DNA of 64,000 nucleotides from Eledone cirrhosa (GCA_964016885.1 OZ024742.1:296980001-297044000); one strand, 5' to 3'; numbered from the stretch's first letter, positions 12,061 to 25,640 are shown. The notes: a model not told the origin generated them from the letters alone. Numbers and translations are program-made.

Positions 12061-13829
12061 AAATTCTATTCCAGAATATTGGTTAGAATGTTTTGGTTTC
12101 AGTCAGTTAGATATTTGACAGTAAGAGATAGAATATTATGTCTACAAGATAGGACACTATAACAACACATTTTTACTAAAATTAAAAGCAATACTTTCAA
12201 GCCATTTGGCCACATCAAACGTTTAGTTTGTGGTCTCTCTAAAATCTGTCTGTGGGGTATGATACTTAGAAAGAAAAACTGAGGACATCCCAGTGATTGA
12301 TGGAAAGTCCAGACCCTAAAATGGCCTCAAAATCAATTATAGATAGAACTCAATATAATGGCGATGATGGAGGAAATATATTCATATTTTACATTCTGCT
12401 GTTAGAAGAAACAACAATTGAAATAATGATTTCTTCATTAACCACAAAGGGTTTGAAATAATAAGAAATAAAATAACTTGTTTTCATGTACTACACTCCA
12501 TGAATGAAGCACATAAATGTGCAAACTAATAGAAGAATAAAAGATGTTATGCATTCACTCTGTTATTTGAGGAAAGAGGTTCTAATCTGGGACACTCCCA
12601 TTCTTCATATCAAGTTTGTATAATGAGTTATATTGAAGACAATTTAAATAAATCTTAAATATACTGAGCCACATAAATTCTAGACTCTGCTTGCCAGGAC
12701 TTTAGATGGGGTACACTGTATCCCTTTGTATTGTACGAAGCATATAAAAGTACTTGCTGTCAGGAAGGACCCTGTTGATGTGTATAAAACATGTTATAGA
12801 GTGCACATGGCTAACTACAATTTTAGCAGGGAAAATGAACTGAAAACACTTGTTCATCATCATCATCTACATAAATAATAGATTGCGTACAACTGGCTTA
12901 GAATAGGTACACTGTATCCATATGTGTTGTAAGATACAACTGAAAAGGGTTAGAGTCATAAAGAACATGTCACTAAAAATAATGCTATTGATAGGAGAGG
13001 AAATGGCTATAAAGCACTTATTGTTGTTGTTGCACAACAATAATAGATTGTGATTATCTTGTTTGGAATACATACAGAATATCACTGAATGTCATAAGTA
13101 TCTACTTAAAGAAGGGCCTCTGTCTATAAAGGACGCCACTGATGATTATAAAGCCTGTTAAAGTGTCTACAAATATAACACGCATGTTAGATCACATAAC
13201 ACATAACGATGTTGTTGCTATTGTTGTACGTAAACCATAGATTCGTGGGAGTTTTGCAAAGGTTGATTAGCATTATTTTATTTTCTAATTGAACTCCCAA
13301 ATATAGCGAAGTAATTTATTTCGCATTTATTGATTTTTCTTTGATTGATTGCCAATTTAGTCAACTGTATTTCCCTCCTTGGAAAATTTGCATTTGATGA
13401 TTTGGTGTTTCAAACTGAAGAAGACTGCACTTAAGTTGTAAATGTGATGATGTTCTAATTTATGGAAGACAGGAAGGGTAACAAAATTCACACTGCTTTA
13501 ATCATCTGAAATGCCTATATTTAAAAATGTTCAATGCTGCATAATTATTTGGTATCGGATTTAGTAAAGATTATTTTAGTAATTCCACTAGTATATGATT
13601 TACTTTCATGTTATTTATCACTTTAAAGATTATGGTAATATTATTGTTAAAGAAATCTTTATTTTTAGCCCCAAATAACATTTAAGAAGTTTATGAAAAA
13701 CTTGTGTTCGTTTTAGTGACTTATTTCTAAATATTTTTCAATCAATTTCTTCATGCAAGATTGAGATTAATCATCCTGTCTGAATATATTTAAGAACTGC
13801 AGTCTTTATGTTGGACCTTTGTTGGTTGC

Positions 13830-14100
13830 AATGAAAACTGTTTCAGTTGTTCAAGCTATGGAGCAAACTGCCTGTGAAATTAATGTGCAAGTGGCTGAAC
13901 ATTCTATAGACACATATACCCTTAACAAGAGATTCAGCATGACACATTGTGTTACAAAATTGGTCCTTCAAATTAAATATACAACTCATTTTTACAGTTG
14001 AGTGGACTGAAGCAACATGAAAAAAATGACCTGCTCAAGGGAACAACACCCAATGGAATTGGACTTACAACCTTATGATAAACTACTAAGCAATCGTTGG
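13830..14100 (-). mobile_element. SINE family B copy (decayed)
   Basis: gcctgtgaaattaatgtgcaagtggctgaa...gagattcagcatgacaca...tttttacagttgagtggactg recurs at 16035-16510, 21275-21970 and 31290-31535. Confidence 0.65.
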
Positions 14101-14502
14101 TTATACACACACACATGCTTTAGGCCTTCCATTGAATTTGCAGATGATCATCTCCTTTAGTTGAGGATCCTTTGGAATCTGTACTTCTTAATGAACATAG
14201 CAATGGAAGGTATAGTCATGTGGGTCCCCAGAGAATTATGACAGTTACTGCTGATGATACATTTACATTGTACCTTCACAAGTGAAGAAACCATAGAAAT
14301 GATGTTATTTTGTCATTGCAGATGCATATAATGGTTTCTTATATAGGCACAAGGCCAGCAATTTTGGGGGAGGGGAAAGTCGATAAACGTACACCTCCCA
14401 CCAAACAGTAATAATGTCTCTAATCAGATATATAACCATCTTTTTGTTCTTAGGTGCAATTAATGCAAGTTTAGTCTTCTTTCAGTCATTATTTTCAGAC
14501 CC

Positions 14503-14714
14503 TGGTGGATTGGTAGTATTGGTAGAGTGTCAGAGTATACTTCATCGTATAGAGTCACGTCCATTTATTTTCTGATTTCAAATCCTGCCGAGATTAGCTT
14601 TGCCTTTTATCTTTATGGGGTCAATAAAATAAAGTACCCATAACATACTGGGATCGATTTAATAGACTTTATCCTCTTTGAAAACATTGTTGGCCTTGTG
14701 CCTAAATCAGAAAC
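14503..14714 (+). mobile_element. SINE family A, older and longer subfamily, with 16-bp TSD
   Basis: Same head, core and tail as 7711. TSD cattattttcagaccc at 14487-14502 and 14715-14730. Confidence 0.85.
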
Positions 14715-15375
14715 CATTATTTTCAGACCCCAGCGATTTGCAGTGTATCTTTCAGTAAATCTCTTTCTTCATCTTCTGGAGCAACAACATTACAATAGAT
14801 ACCCTAGTGGTTAGATATCTACTGATTAGTGTGTTGGACTTATGATCATAAGGTGACATATTTCATCCTGGACCAGAGGACATGTGTTCTTCAGCAAAAT
14901 ACTTTATTTAACATTGGTCCTTCTGCTAGGAAATGCAACCAGCAGATAGTGTCAGTAATGGCCAATTGAAACATTGTAACCTTGTTTCGATCTGACAATT
15001 GGCTTCTCTTCTTTCCTATTCTGAAACTAAATAAAGAACTGTATATTCTGTTTGTCAGAGTAATTATATGATTCATGTTATAAATAAGTTCTCAATCCTG
15101 ACTATTAAACCTTGTCAGTAGAAGTTTCTAATGTAAAAACAGAAACTGAATGATTAAAATCTGGCATTTCATGACACAAATGTATAAGATTTCTGAAAGG
15201 TAAATATAAAGTGTCACTATAAATGCAAATTTTCATTGGTTTTAATCTATATGTTGCAATGTTAGAGGAAAATATTCATTTCAATATTACATTCATTGAT
15301 AAATACATGAGACTTGCTGAACATTTATATAGATAATAGATTACACTAACCCACACCTGTGTACACTGATAAACA

Positions 15376-16032
15376 CGCTTTGATGTAAGTGTTTTGTTGG
15401 ACAAACACACACACAAGCACACAAACACACAAACACAAACACAAACATACAAACACACACACACATACACATACACACAAACACTTACACACACACACAA
15501 ACACTTATACACACACACTTTCATGTAAGTGTTTTGTTGGACAAAAACACACACAAGAGCATGCACACACAAGCACACACACAAACACACACACACACAC
15601 AAATGCACACACACACAAACACAAACACAAACACAAACATACAAACATACACACACAAACACATAAACACTTACACACACACTTTCATGTAAGTATTTTG
15701 TTGGACAAAAACATGAGCATGCACACACACATACACAAACACACAAACACATACGCACAAATAAACACACGCACAAACACTCACACACACACACTTTCAT
15801 CTAAGTCTTTTGTTGGACAAACACACACACAAGTGTGCGTGCACACAGACGCACACAAACACACACAAATACAGACACAAACACTCACACACACGTTCAT
15901 GTAAGTGTTTTGTTGGACAAACACAAACACAAGTGCGAACACAAATACATGTACACACACACACAAACACACACATACACACACAAACACATGCACACTC
16001 ACACACACTTTAATGTAAGTATTTTGTTGGAC
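15376..16032. repeat. Compound minisatellite: six copies of a ~24-bp unit (atgtaagtgttttgttggacaaa) separated by CA-rich spacers
   Basis: The unit recurs near 15383, 15522, 15686, 15798, 15898 and 16013. Confidence 0.88.
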
Positions 16033-16034
16033 GT

Positions 16035-16510
16035 CTGTCAGTTCCAACGATGAGTGTTCCTGCTGTCTGATCATTGGAACATCCCTCTTGTGAAATTAAT
16101 GTGCAAGTGGTTGAGTATTCAGTAGACCCATAAATCCACAATGTAGTTCTCAGACAGATTCAGCATGACACAGTGTGTGACAAGCAAGGGCCTTGTTTCA
16201 GAGGTGTACCAGGGGACAAGCCCCCCCTGCGCCCCACTTTTTCAAACGTCTATATTTTATTTTTTGTTTATTTGATATAATAAATTCTTTTTAAGCTTAT
16301 TTTCTTATATCTGAACTTCATTTGAGTATATAAAATTTAATTAGCATGAAATTTTACTTATGTGATAGGGTCCAGGAAAGGCACCATAAGCAATTTATGC
16401 TCCTTTAAGAATAAAAAAATTTTGGTGTGTCCTCCTCTCATTTTTAAGGCAAACGAGGCCCCTGGTGACAAGGTTGGTCAATGAATTACAAGTACAACAT
16501 ATTTTTTCCA
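16035..16510 (-). mobile_element. SINE family B copy interrupted by an hAT MITE
   Basis: ttgtgaaattaatgtgcaagtggttgagtattc...gattcagcatgacacagtgtgtgacaag resumes after 16464. Confidence 0.65.
16185..16464. mobile_element. Non-autonomous hAT-type MITE
   Basis: Imperfect 15-bp TIRs caagggccttgtttc / caaacgaggcccctg. Exact 8-bp TSD gtgacaag at 16177-16184 and 16465-16472. Confidence 0.8.
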
Positions 16511-18099
16511 CCAATTGGAAAAATCACACACAGAGGTTAACCTTGCTGGACCCATGACAAGCTTCTCCATTTTGTCATATTTTCTGTCTGCCCCCACCCC
16601 CACTCCACTAACGTGGCTTTAATTTCCTCTTCCATCATCTTTAGGTTCATCTTTCTTGGTCTTCTCCTTCCACATTTATTTTCATCACTCCTTTCATCTA
16701 CTCATTTTGATCCATCCTCAACATTTCACCATTTCACAATATTCAGTATCCGTCTTCCTCTTTCTCAGTGATACGAGATAAATATCAATATATTTGTTCC
16801 AAAATGACATAACTATTTCATTTGCTTAATATTGATTTCTTGTGATAGCCTAAGGTAACAAATGTGTTAGAAAATAGGCTGTATTTGATTGAATAAACCC
16901 CAGGACATGACTGATACTTAATTTATGACCTAAGAAGAATGATGGGAAATTAAATATCACTTGGCATTTAGTTCTATTTTCTATCATTTCTGTTGCTCCC
17001 TGACCTTTGTTAGGGAAGTATTTGTTTTCATACGTTCAAAATACAATAGATACTAAATTTAAATTATTGTAAACTAAAGAGTAGAATTAAGATAAAATTC
17101 GAAAATGTTTTATTGGAATTTGAGTAAAGAGTTAATCCATAATTAAAGTAGTTTATCTCTCAGTTTATTGTTATAACGTTCAATACTGAAGACATGCCTG
17201 CAAGACAAACAATTAGAAACCACTTGACTGAAAAGCAATGGTGCTAAATAGTCTAAGGCGAATGACACTTATTAGCTTAGTTATAAATGAAAAATAGCTG
17301 TGGTGGTGAGCTTAAGAAAAGGTTTACGGTGGTGAAAAGCTATTAATATTTATAGTTAGGACATAATTATTCCTTTTTCTTTCAAAGCGATGCTGATAAT
17401 AATTGGTTTATAAATGACATCATGGACCACTGATAATAATTTTGCTGAAGATAATTGGTTAATATATGGCATCCAATGAACCACAAGTAATGTTTACTTT
17501 GCAGAGGAGCCATTTAAATTGTGGTAGTTTGAAACATGAGTGTTGATTTCAAACACTGATGTAAACTCTTGATTATGAATTTTAGTGGACAAAGCACATT
17601 TTGCTGAAAAATGAATATCATTGCATTTGATCACTTGCTATTAGTAAAGATTTTCCTTTTCTGCTACTATAATGCCATAATATCTGCTTCTAATACCCAT
17701 CTAAATAACATATCTTCAGACATAAAGCATATGACTCTATGGAAAGCTAAATGTGAAATTGCAAACATAAAATATATGTATTTATTTTCCAAGTTACACA
17801 TTTACATTGCTGCTTTTTTCTTTCTCTCACCCTTTCTTTTTATATGCAATGGCTAGAAACTTCAGTGACTAGTATTGATCGTTGGCAGAGTTACCATAGT
17901 GCCAGATAATGGCTAAATAAGAAAAGCGATACATAGATTGAAATCATAGTAGTAATTTCTTATCTGTAAAGAGTATTTTACTATACATGTAAAATGTGAT
18001 TATATATTAATTGATTAATGTATTGGCTACTAATGTGTCTTCCTTCTTGGTGAATGTTGATGCAGGCCTGTAGAGAATGCTGGCAATGTACAAGACAGA

Positions 18100-18390
18100 G
18101 AATCTCCTGTCTGCATTAGTGGTATAAAGGAGAGGGCATATTTGGACAACATGTTGTACTATGGACATATAATGCATATGGAGGATGTTGGGTTGGTAAT
18201 GAAGTTCCAAGAAAACTCCATAGAATGAAGCCACAGAATAGAATGACTGAAGAAGACATGGGTAGAACTGGTTAAAGCTGATCTCAGAATATTGAACCTC
18301 AGAAAGGCAATGACAAAGAAACATAACATTTGGTGTAATGCAGTGTTGGAGAGGATCCTTCCAACCAAAGCAAGCTTGGAAAAATAGAGG
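18100..18390 (+). mobile_element. Decayed RTE 3' fragment
   Basis: Translates to YGHIMHMEDV and KTWVELVKADLRILNLRKAMTK, homologous to the end of the RTE at 27.5 kb. Confidence 0.7.
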
Positions 18391-19308
18391 AGGAGGAGAA
18401 GGTTTGATAATATATAATTCAGGGATGTCATTCATATGAATAAATCTTGTATACAACAATTTTAACAATTTTATTGCATGAGGTTTTAAGCACAAACAAA
18501 AATAAATATACTGAGTGGAAAAAATATGTTATTAGTCAGTGACAACTATCATTTTAATTTTCCCAGCAAATTGAGACTCATTTTAGTTTTATTCTGACCT
18601 CATCAATGACATATGACATTCACCATATTTGCCAAAGTAGTGCTGAAAGAACTACAATGATTCTATTTTCACACTGCAGCATTTAGTTAATGATACTTTC
18701 ATAAATATTTTGGTAAGTATGTTGTGTTGTTATCTTCTATTTTTGTCTTCTTTATGTACTTGTGTTGTTCCTTTCAGTGAGCTGCTCAACATTACCACAC
18801 TTTGACCAATTACATCAATTGTCAAGTCAAGAGTACTCAAAGTTTATGCTCATATAAAAGGATCAACTCGTGGTGTGAGTAGGTTATGCCTGGAAGGAAG
18901 GTTGGCTGGTAAGAGAAGCAGAGGCCGGCAGCCAAAACAATGGCTAGATGGAAGATTTTTAGATAAATAAACGCATTTATAATAAGCAACCTTGTATCAT
19001 AGAATCAGGGCAGTTTCTGGCAGTTTGGTTTCCAAAAGGTTAAGTATAAGACAAAAATTATCTTTAGATCAGCTGCAGATGTCTTTTTATTTTCATATCT
19101 CTGCAGTAAATCTTTATGTATATTTATATCTATACCATTAGTCAATTTATTAACTATATTAAGTTTTTCAAAGAAAGAGTGTTACACAATAGGATGAAAT
19201 CAAATGAAACAAATTAGCAAATAAATACACCTCTTTCTATTAGTTCACCAGACCATTAATATTGGATCTTATGAATCTGTCATACCTTCTTATAAGTCAA
19301 CCAGGATA

Positions 19309-20172
19309 TCTATATATATAAAACTGAGGATGTCTGTCTGTCTGTGTGTGAGTTTGAATCCCTAAAACTCGAGAACCACCCAACCGACTGTTTTCAAATT
19401 TTACACATGTAATACTTATGTTTCAGGGAGTGTTCTGAGCCAAATTTTCTATGCCCCAGGGACCACATTAGGCGATTTAGCGATCTCGCTCTATAATTCT
19501 GAGTCTTTCTCTTTTTAGATAGATACATACTTATAACATCGCGCCCTTATAATATCTGTCTGTATGTCTGCTGTCTGCATTACATCAGTTCCTTGAGCAT
19601 GTGTGTGTGTGTGTGAGTTTGAATCCCTGAAACTCGAGAAGTACCCAATCTTTTTCGAACTTTACATGTGTATTACTTATGCACATAAAACATTCAACTT
19701 TTTGTATCTCTTAGGGCCCGCATTAGGTGAAAAACTGCGTTTTAACATTTTCAGGGGCTTTTTGAGGCGTTACGTCAGACCGATTTCTTTGAAATTGTAA
19801 CTATGTATTAGTCAGTCTCTTCTTCATACCGTAAGCAAAGAAAATCCAACTTTCCTATGGCCTAGGTGGAAAACTTAATTTTTTCGGCTTCTTAGGGCTT
19901 TCTGGAGGCATTACGTCTAGGCGATTTTTCCCGAAATTTCAAGGCATATTATACACATAAAAAAAATTCATTTTCTTGATCCCCTAGCGCCCGCATTAGT
20001 TGAAAACCTGCATTTTTCCTGCTTCATCGAGGAAAATCTTAAAGATTATCCAGCCATCAGAGTATTCGGTTTATTTTCTTTACATATTGTCCAGGCATGC
20101 AGTGTTTAGGTCTATTGGCGGCCTGCGGCCCCAAAAATCCTTATCCCGTGCAACGACGGGTACCACTGCTAG
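19309..20172 (+). mobile_element. Non-autonomous Helitron
   Basis: Sits between host A and T with no TSD. Starts TCTATATATATAAAACTG, followed by GTCTGTCTGT. Ends with the hairpin CCCGTGCAACGACGGG (20145-20160) then CTAG. Confidence 0.85.
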
Positions 20173-20459
20173 TACCTTATAAATCCAGCAGACTAATCAA
20201 TTACATGACCTCATGACTGTACCAAACTATCATTATAACTCCCCCAGACCATTAAGGCTATATCTTATAAGTCTATGTGGATAGACCAGTTAATTACACA
20301 CACAAAATATAATATAGATCATTAATAAATATCCTCTTTCTATTCAGTGTTTATATATTTATTACAAACTGCATTAAATATGTTAACATTAACTTAACTA
20401 TAGTAGGACAGAATGAAATAATTCAAGGCTTTAACAGTTATGTTGAATTGATAGTTGAG

Positions 20460-20645
20460 TGACCTTGACTTTCAAATGACTGATATTTAAGAAGTCTTGA
20501 TATCTATGTAGACTTGACATCTAAATGATATTGAATTTTAAATGGCCTTGACACCTGAATGGTACTGAAAAATAGATGCCCTTGACATCTAAAGAGGCCT
20601 TGATACCTAAATGGCCTTCACATTTAAATGACACTGACATAAGCT
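20460..20645. repeat. Degenerate ~19-bp minisatellite (ccttgacatctaaatgg-like)
   Basis: About nine diverged tandem units. Confidence 0.7.
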
Positions 20646-20896
20646 TTGATATATTTTGTTGATTAACTCTCAACTACTATTATTTATAGTGCAATATAGC
20701 AAAGTTGTATACCAGTTTAATTTACTATTACTATGACTATTATAACCACAATGGTGATGGCAATTTCAACATCAATTGGTAATGACACTAATAACTGTAG
20801 AGGTGGGAACAAACATATACCTCATGGAATGATCTTTGTATATGTTAGACAATAAAATTAATACTTTACTATTGAATCTATTAGGAATGAGAATGA

Positions 20897-20898
<2 letters not shown>

Positions 20899-20953
<55 letters not shown>
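20899..20953. repeat. (AG)n microsatellite
   Basis: Direct observation. Confidence 0.97.
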
Positions 20954-20958
<5 letters not shown>

Positions 20959-21274
20959 ACACACAACGGGGAATATATGATCAGTATAGATATTATGACA
21001 GCATGTTAAATTTTAAAATAATTTACACGAGAAAAGTTTTTAAGTTTTTGTTAGGAAACTGCATTTGTCAATAGATTTGCAGCTTAGTGAGATGTAGTGA
21101 ATATAATAGGAAAGAAAATAATTCCAATAAATTTCAAATTACTTGCTTCAGACTTTCAAAATTCTGTTGGCCATATATTTATCATATTGTCCTCTTTTAA
21201 TACATCACCAATGGCTGACAAATACGAAGAAATATTTTATAATATATAGTTGAAAATATGTTGGATCCCCATTG

Positions 21275-21970
21275 GTACTGATGTGTGTTCCAGTTGTTCA
21301 AACAATGGAACAGTCTGCTCAAGAATTTAATGTACAAGTTGCTGATCATTCAACAGACACATGTACCTTTAACATAGTTGTCAGGGAGATTCAGTGTGAT
21401 ATATTGTGTGCCAAGTCTGGCTCTGTGAAATTTGGTACACCTCATTTATTTCCAGCTGTGTAGACTGGTCTAAAGTCTAAAATCTGTCTTAAGCCAGAAG
21501 GCTCGTTAGGCCGGTGCTTATCTCAGTTTCATAGCATGAAGCAACTGAGAGTACAAGACTTCCCCTGGACAGGATGCCAGTCCATCACAGGGTTAAAACC
21601 CAAGCGATTGCTGGTACCCATTTTCAGCTGATCAACATGAAATGAAGTGTTTTGATCAAGAACACAACTTACATGCCAGCCCAGGAATTGAACCCCCTTC
21701 ATTATGATCGTAAATCCAACACCTCGTAAGGCCATGCACCCCACTGGAGGAACATGAAATATAGTTCTCGGGGAGATTCAGTGTGATATATTGTTGGGCA
21801 AGGCTGGTGCTATGAAATTTGGTACAACTAATTTTGTTCCATCTGAGTAGGTGGGAGCAACGTGAAATATAGTGTCTTGTTCAAAGACATAGCTTGCCAC
21901 CTAGAATCAGATTTGCAGCCTTGTGATCTTGAACAAAACACCCTAACTACTAAACTATGTGTGTTCACAG
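21275..21970 (-). mobile_element. SINE family B copies (partly duplicated) hosting a V-domain SINE
   Basis: gggagattcagtgtgatatatt...gaaatttggtaca occurs twice, near 21384 and 21771. Confidence 0.6.
21470..21742 (-). mobile_element. V-SINE-like element
   Basis: Minus strand has a tRNA head with GGTTCAATTCC, then AACCCTGTGATGGACTGGCATCCTGTCCAGGGG (V-domain signature) and CTTCATGCTATGAAACTGAGATAAGC. Confidence 0.78.
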
Positions 21971-22623
21971 AGTTGAAAATAAAGCAAACATTAGTAGTCA
22001 TTTTGTCAGCAATAAATAAGACACAAGTTTATATTCTAAGTAATATGTTATAGCTGTCAAATAAACTAATATTTTATATAGGCTTCTTCAAACTGCAATA
22101 ATGTATAGCTCTTTACTTTAAAAATGATAATATTGTCTGGCTTTTATATTAAATAAATATTTTCCTGATTCTTTCAATGGGTTCACTTTAGCAACTGAGA
22201 AAAACAGAAAATAATAAGATATGTGCTTTTGGTCAAAGTCTAATATTTTATAACAATTTCTCAAATAACTGGGAATATTTCACATAAGTTTTCAGTTGAA
22301 TAATTCACTTTCTCTTCGAGGTATATAGTTACACACGTGTATGTATGTGTGCGTGTATATATATAGTTAGTTAGTTTTGCGAGGTTTTTTATATGAAATC
22401 GTGTGTCGAAACAAATATTGTTATATTTGGGGAGGGTCATATTTGTGTAATATTGCCAGAAATAATAACAGAACACACTCACTGTTTGGTTGGTTTTCGC
22501 TTCTCGCTTCTGTGTCTTTTATATCGGTAATCTAATATACTCGGTCCTCAATGTTGCCATTGACTGACCGGCGGTCAAAAATAATACAGATACAATATAG
22601 ACACAAACACATATATATAGTTT

Positions 22624-22666
22624 ATCATAAATCTTTCGTTGCACATCTGCAACATCGTCAGTGGTG
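22624..22666 (-). ncRNA. Minimal type I hammerhead ribozyme (partly decayed) downstream of the Naiad ORF
   Basis: Minus strand: cacca CTGACGA T GTTGCA-gatg-TGCAAC GAAA GATTT A tgat. Helix II is a perfect 6 bp, helix III is a near-palindrome (AGATTT for AGATCT), helix I has a mismatch. Confidence 0.72.
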
Positions 22667-23485
22667 CTATATTTTCCTCCTGTTGTATTGTATGTCTACG
22701 CCATTTTTATTCAGTCTGTCTATATATTTATTTATTTATTTGCTTGTTTGTTTATTTTATTTTGTCTTCTTTGCGCATGCGTTTGCGTGTGTGTATAGTG
22801 TTTTGTTTGCTGTGTGGATGGGTGACTAGTGTTTGTTTATGTGCTTGTTGTTATTGTGCTTGTGTATGTATGTATTTATTTATTTATTTTATTTTATTTA
22901 CTTATTTATACTTCTCTTAGGTCAGTGTTGTTTGTTTGGGTGTTGTTGTTATTCCATTCATTCTTTCTGTTTAGCCTTGGTCTTCTAATTTCTATTTCAC
23001 TGGCCTCTCTGATTTGCCTATCTGCTGGGTCATTTCTATATTTATGTGAAGTTTAAATGTTACGTAGATATTAGATGTTTTTTTTCAAAGGAAAAGATAA
23101 CTCTAATTTTTAGTTTACAGAGTTAAGTTATAGATATATTTATCGTCTAGTCTCGAATTTACTTTTAAATTATATTCTAATTGTAGCATATGGAAAAATT
23201 ATTTTATATATGACTTTAGAGTATCATATATTACATATTTTCTAAGATAAAAAGCAGATGTATATATTTTGATAACATTACTTATACTTATGCATAAATT
23301 TGAATGATATTACGTATTTTTATGTATGGATTTAAAATACCTATAAATCCTATAAGAAAAAAAGTTCAACAAACATCAAAATTACCTTCAACAATATCAT
23401 TAAAAACATCACAAAAAATCCCAAAGATCACCGAAGACATATAAAATGTAACTGGGTAAGATATAGAGGCTATATATAATATTTT

Positions 23486-24819
23486 CTATAGATTATAGAT
23501 GCTTCTAAAAGTCTTGGACTGTCGATGAAAACAAGAGTTAAACAATTCTTTCTTTTTGTTTATAGCATTCTTTTGATTGGTAATTATGTGAAAGATTTCT
23601 TCAATACATAGACGACAAATTATTGAGAGAACCATATTCTGCTATACGGGCGCTTTCGAAATCCTTATCCAAGAGATCGAATAGTCAATATTATTGTCTT
23701 TTAAGGACCAAATTAAATGTGAAAGTGATGTTGAGAATTGTTTGTCCAATCTATTAAATGTGTGTTTATGATTATACTAGCGTTCCTTAAATTTTGTAGA
23801 AGTGGCTCCTATATAGTTAAATAATTTATCTCTAGTTTTTACGGTGCATTTGTATACTAAGTTTTTATCTAGACAATTATTCTGTAAAGGGCAACATAGT
23901 TTGCTTCTGCAGTTACATTTACTAGAGTTACTATCTATTGGAACGGTATGATTATTAAAAGCACTGTTACTAGTAATATTATTATTGCTATTAGGGTTTA
24001 TTTGGGTTGGGTTTAATTTTAAGTTTCTATTATTAATTCTATAAATATTTTGTGCTATATTCATAGTAGTAGAATAAGAGAGTTTGATTGTATGCTGGTT
24101 AAAAATAGAGTGGTATCTATGGGATGTAGGAAAACACTTATCTAACGCCTTGAAAAATAGGTTTGCTAAAGGTGTATTAATTCCTAAGGAGATTGGAGGA
24201 GAGTACCAAAAAATGTTTCTAGTTCTAGCTTTTTTGTTTGATTTACTATTTAAGTTAATTTGCTTATTATTAATATTATAGTAAATTTTAGGAGGATTTT
24301 GTATACTATTGTTATCTATGTATTTAATTTTATTCATGTAACCAGCTCTGTGTAAAGCATCATTGTAATATTCTGCTTTATTATCAAATATATTTTTATT
24401 GGCTGAATTGCGTGATATTCTTTGCTAGACGCTATTGACTTTAGCATTTTTGACATTTCAAGGGAGGTTAGAATGGAAGCTTACGTAGTTCAGGTTTTCA
24501 TTAATCTTATGGAAAGGGTAATATAGACCTGAGTTAAGGTTTAAAGTAACATCTAAGACATTAACAATTTTAATATCATTTTCAATTTCTAATTTAAGGT
24601 TATAATTATTAAAAGATGTCTATGATAATTTTCTTTTTCCTACTAACTTCACTATTGCTATGCTTATCAACTATAAGTAACATATCATCGCGATATAAAC
24701 CTTCGGCCATCCCCGGCATTTTTCTATGTAATACATTAAGAATAAATATTCCAACGAGGTCGGTTACCTGCGCTGAGTCAGATGATCCCATTGTGATATC
24801 AAAGTTGTTCTGTCTATCA

Positions 24820-24823
<4 letters not shown>
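23486..24823 (-). pseudogene. Penelope/Naiad RT + GIY-YIG endonuclease ORF remnant
   Basis: ORFs 24609-24823 and 23777-24337 plus manual translation of the intervening and downstream sequence to the stop at 23486-23488. Several stops and frameshifts. Confidence 0.85.
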
Positions 24824-24896
<73 letters not shown>

Positions 24897-24897
24897 T
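24824..24897. repeat. (TA)n microsatellite at the 5' truncation of the Penelope element
   Basis: Direct observation. Confidence 0.95.
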
Positions 24898-25160
24898 ATC
24901 ATCACCGTTTTCCGTCCATTTTTCTACGCTAGCATGGGTTAGACAGGTTGTCCTGTTGTGGGTAATGCCAGATTGGGTGACAATGTCTTGCTCATACAGA
25001 ACTGATTTTGGTTTGATTTCTACAGCTGGATGCCCTTCCTAACACCAACGTCATTTACAGTGAGTACTGGGTGCTTTTTTACCATGGCACCTACACGACA
25101 ACTTTACAGTGTGGATTGGGTGATTTTTGTCATGACACCTACATGACCACTTTACAGTGA
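24898..25160 (-). mobile_element. Short RTE-tailed element (SINE or truncated RTE 3' UTR)
   Basis: GTTGGTGTTAGGAAGGGCATCCAGCTGTAG...AACCCATGCTAGCGTAGAA..ACGG..AAACGGTGATGAT matches 2714-2960, 47120-47315 and 52730-52987. Confidence 0.78.
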
Positions 25161-25380
25161 GAGGGGTGGGGCATACTGTATATATGCGTCAGCTTCGGCT
25201 TCTAACGTGGGAAGTTGGATCTTCTGTATTAGTGCCTAATGCCAGAGGTTCTGTCTCATCGACTTTGAGAGGTGCAATCGGACAAGGTCAGCTTTTATCC
25301 CCTCATCCCATGTCTTTTGGGGTCTCCCCACTCCAAGGTTTCCATCGACATTATATATGTATATATATACATATATATAT

Positions 25381-25640
25381 GGGCGGGGGCACGTAGCCTA
25401 GCAGTAAGAGTCTTAGACCTACGATCATAATGTCATAGGGTCGATACCTGGGTTGCGTGTTGTGTTCTTAAGCAAAACACTTCTTTTCAAATTGTTCCGG
25501 TATAGTCAGCTGAAAATGAGTACCAGCAATAGGTGGGGGTTTAAACCTGCGATGGACTGGTGTCCTGTCCAGAGAGGGGTATTATATACGCCGTGAAACT
25601 GGGATAAGCCCCGGGCAAATGAGCTAAAAGATCTTTCACT
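25381..25640 (+). mobile_element. V-SINE-like element
   Basis: A box TAGCCTAGCAGT, B-box-like GGTCGATACC, V-domain AAACCTGCGATGGACTGGTGTCCTGTCCAG and tail GAAACTGGGATAAGC. Confidence 0.75.

Larger units (their letters stand above)
22370..24823 (-). mobile_element. 5'-truncated Penelope-like element, Naiad-type, with a 3' pLTR region; flanked by (TA)n
   Basis: RT FDITMGSSDSAQVTDLVG..LYRDD, thumb VNVLDVTLNL..SNLP, linker CNCR..CPL..CL, GIY-YIG LVY..YIG..FKER*YNH..LS..IWSLK..CRLC..E..NKKKELFNSCFH. The left boundary is approximate. Confidence 0.85.

Noticed and set aside
13412-13450. CTGAAGAAGACT...AGTTGTAAA hammerhead-like string
   Set aside because: GAAA, helix I and helix III are not recoverable.
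15376-16032. CRISPR-like repeat/spacer appearance
   Set aside because: Eukaryotic context, spacers are CA microsatellite of variable length, and there are no cas genes.
23486-23780. Selenocysteine recoding in the Naiad endonuclease
   Set aside because: The in-frame stops here are TAG at non-cysteine positions, consistent with decay.
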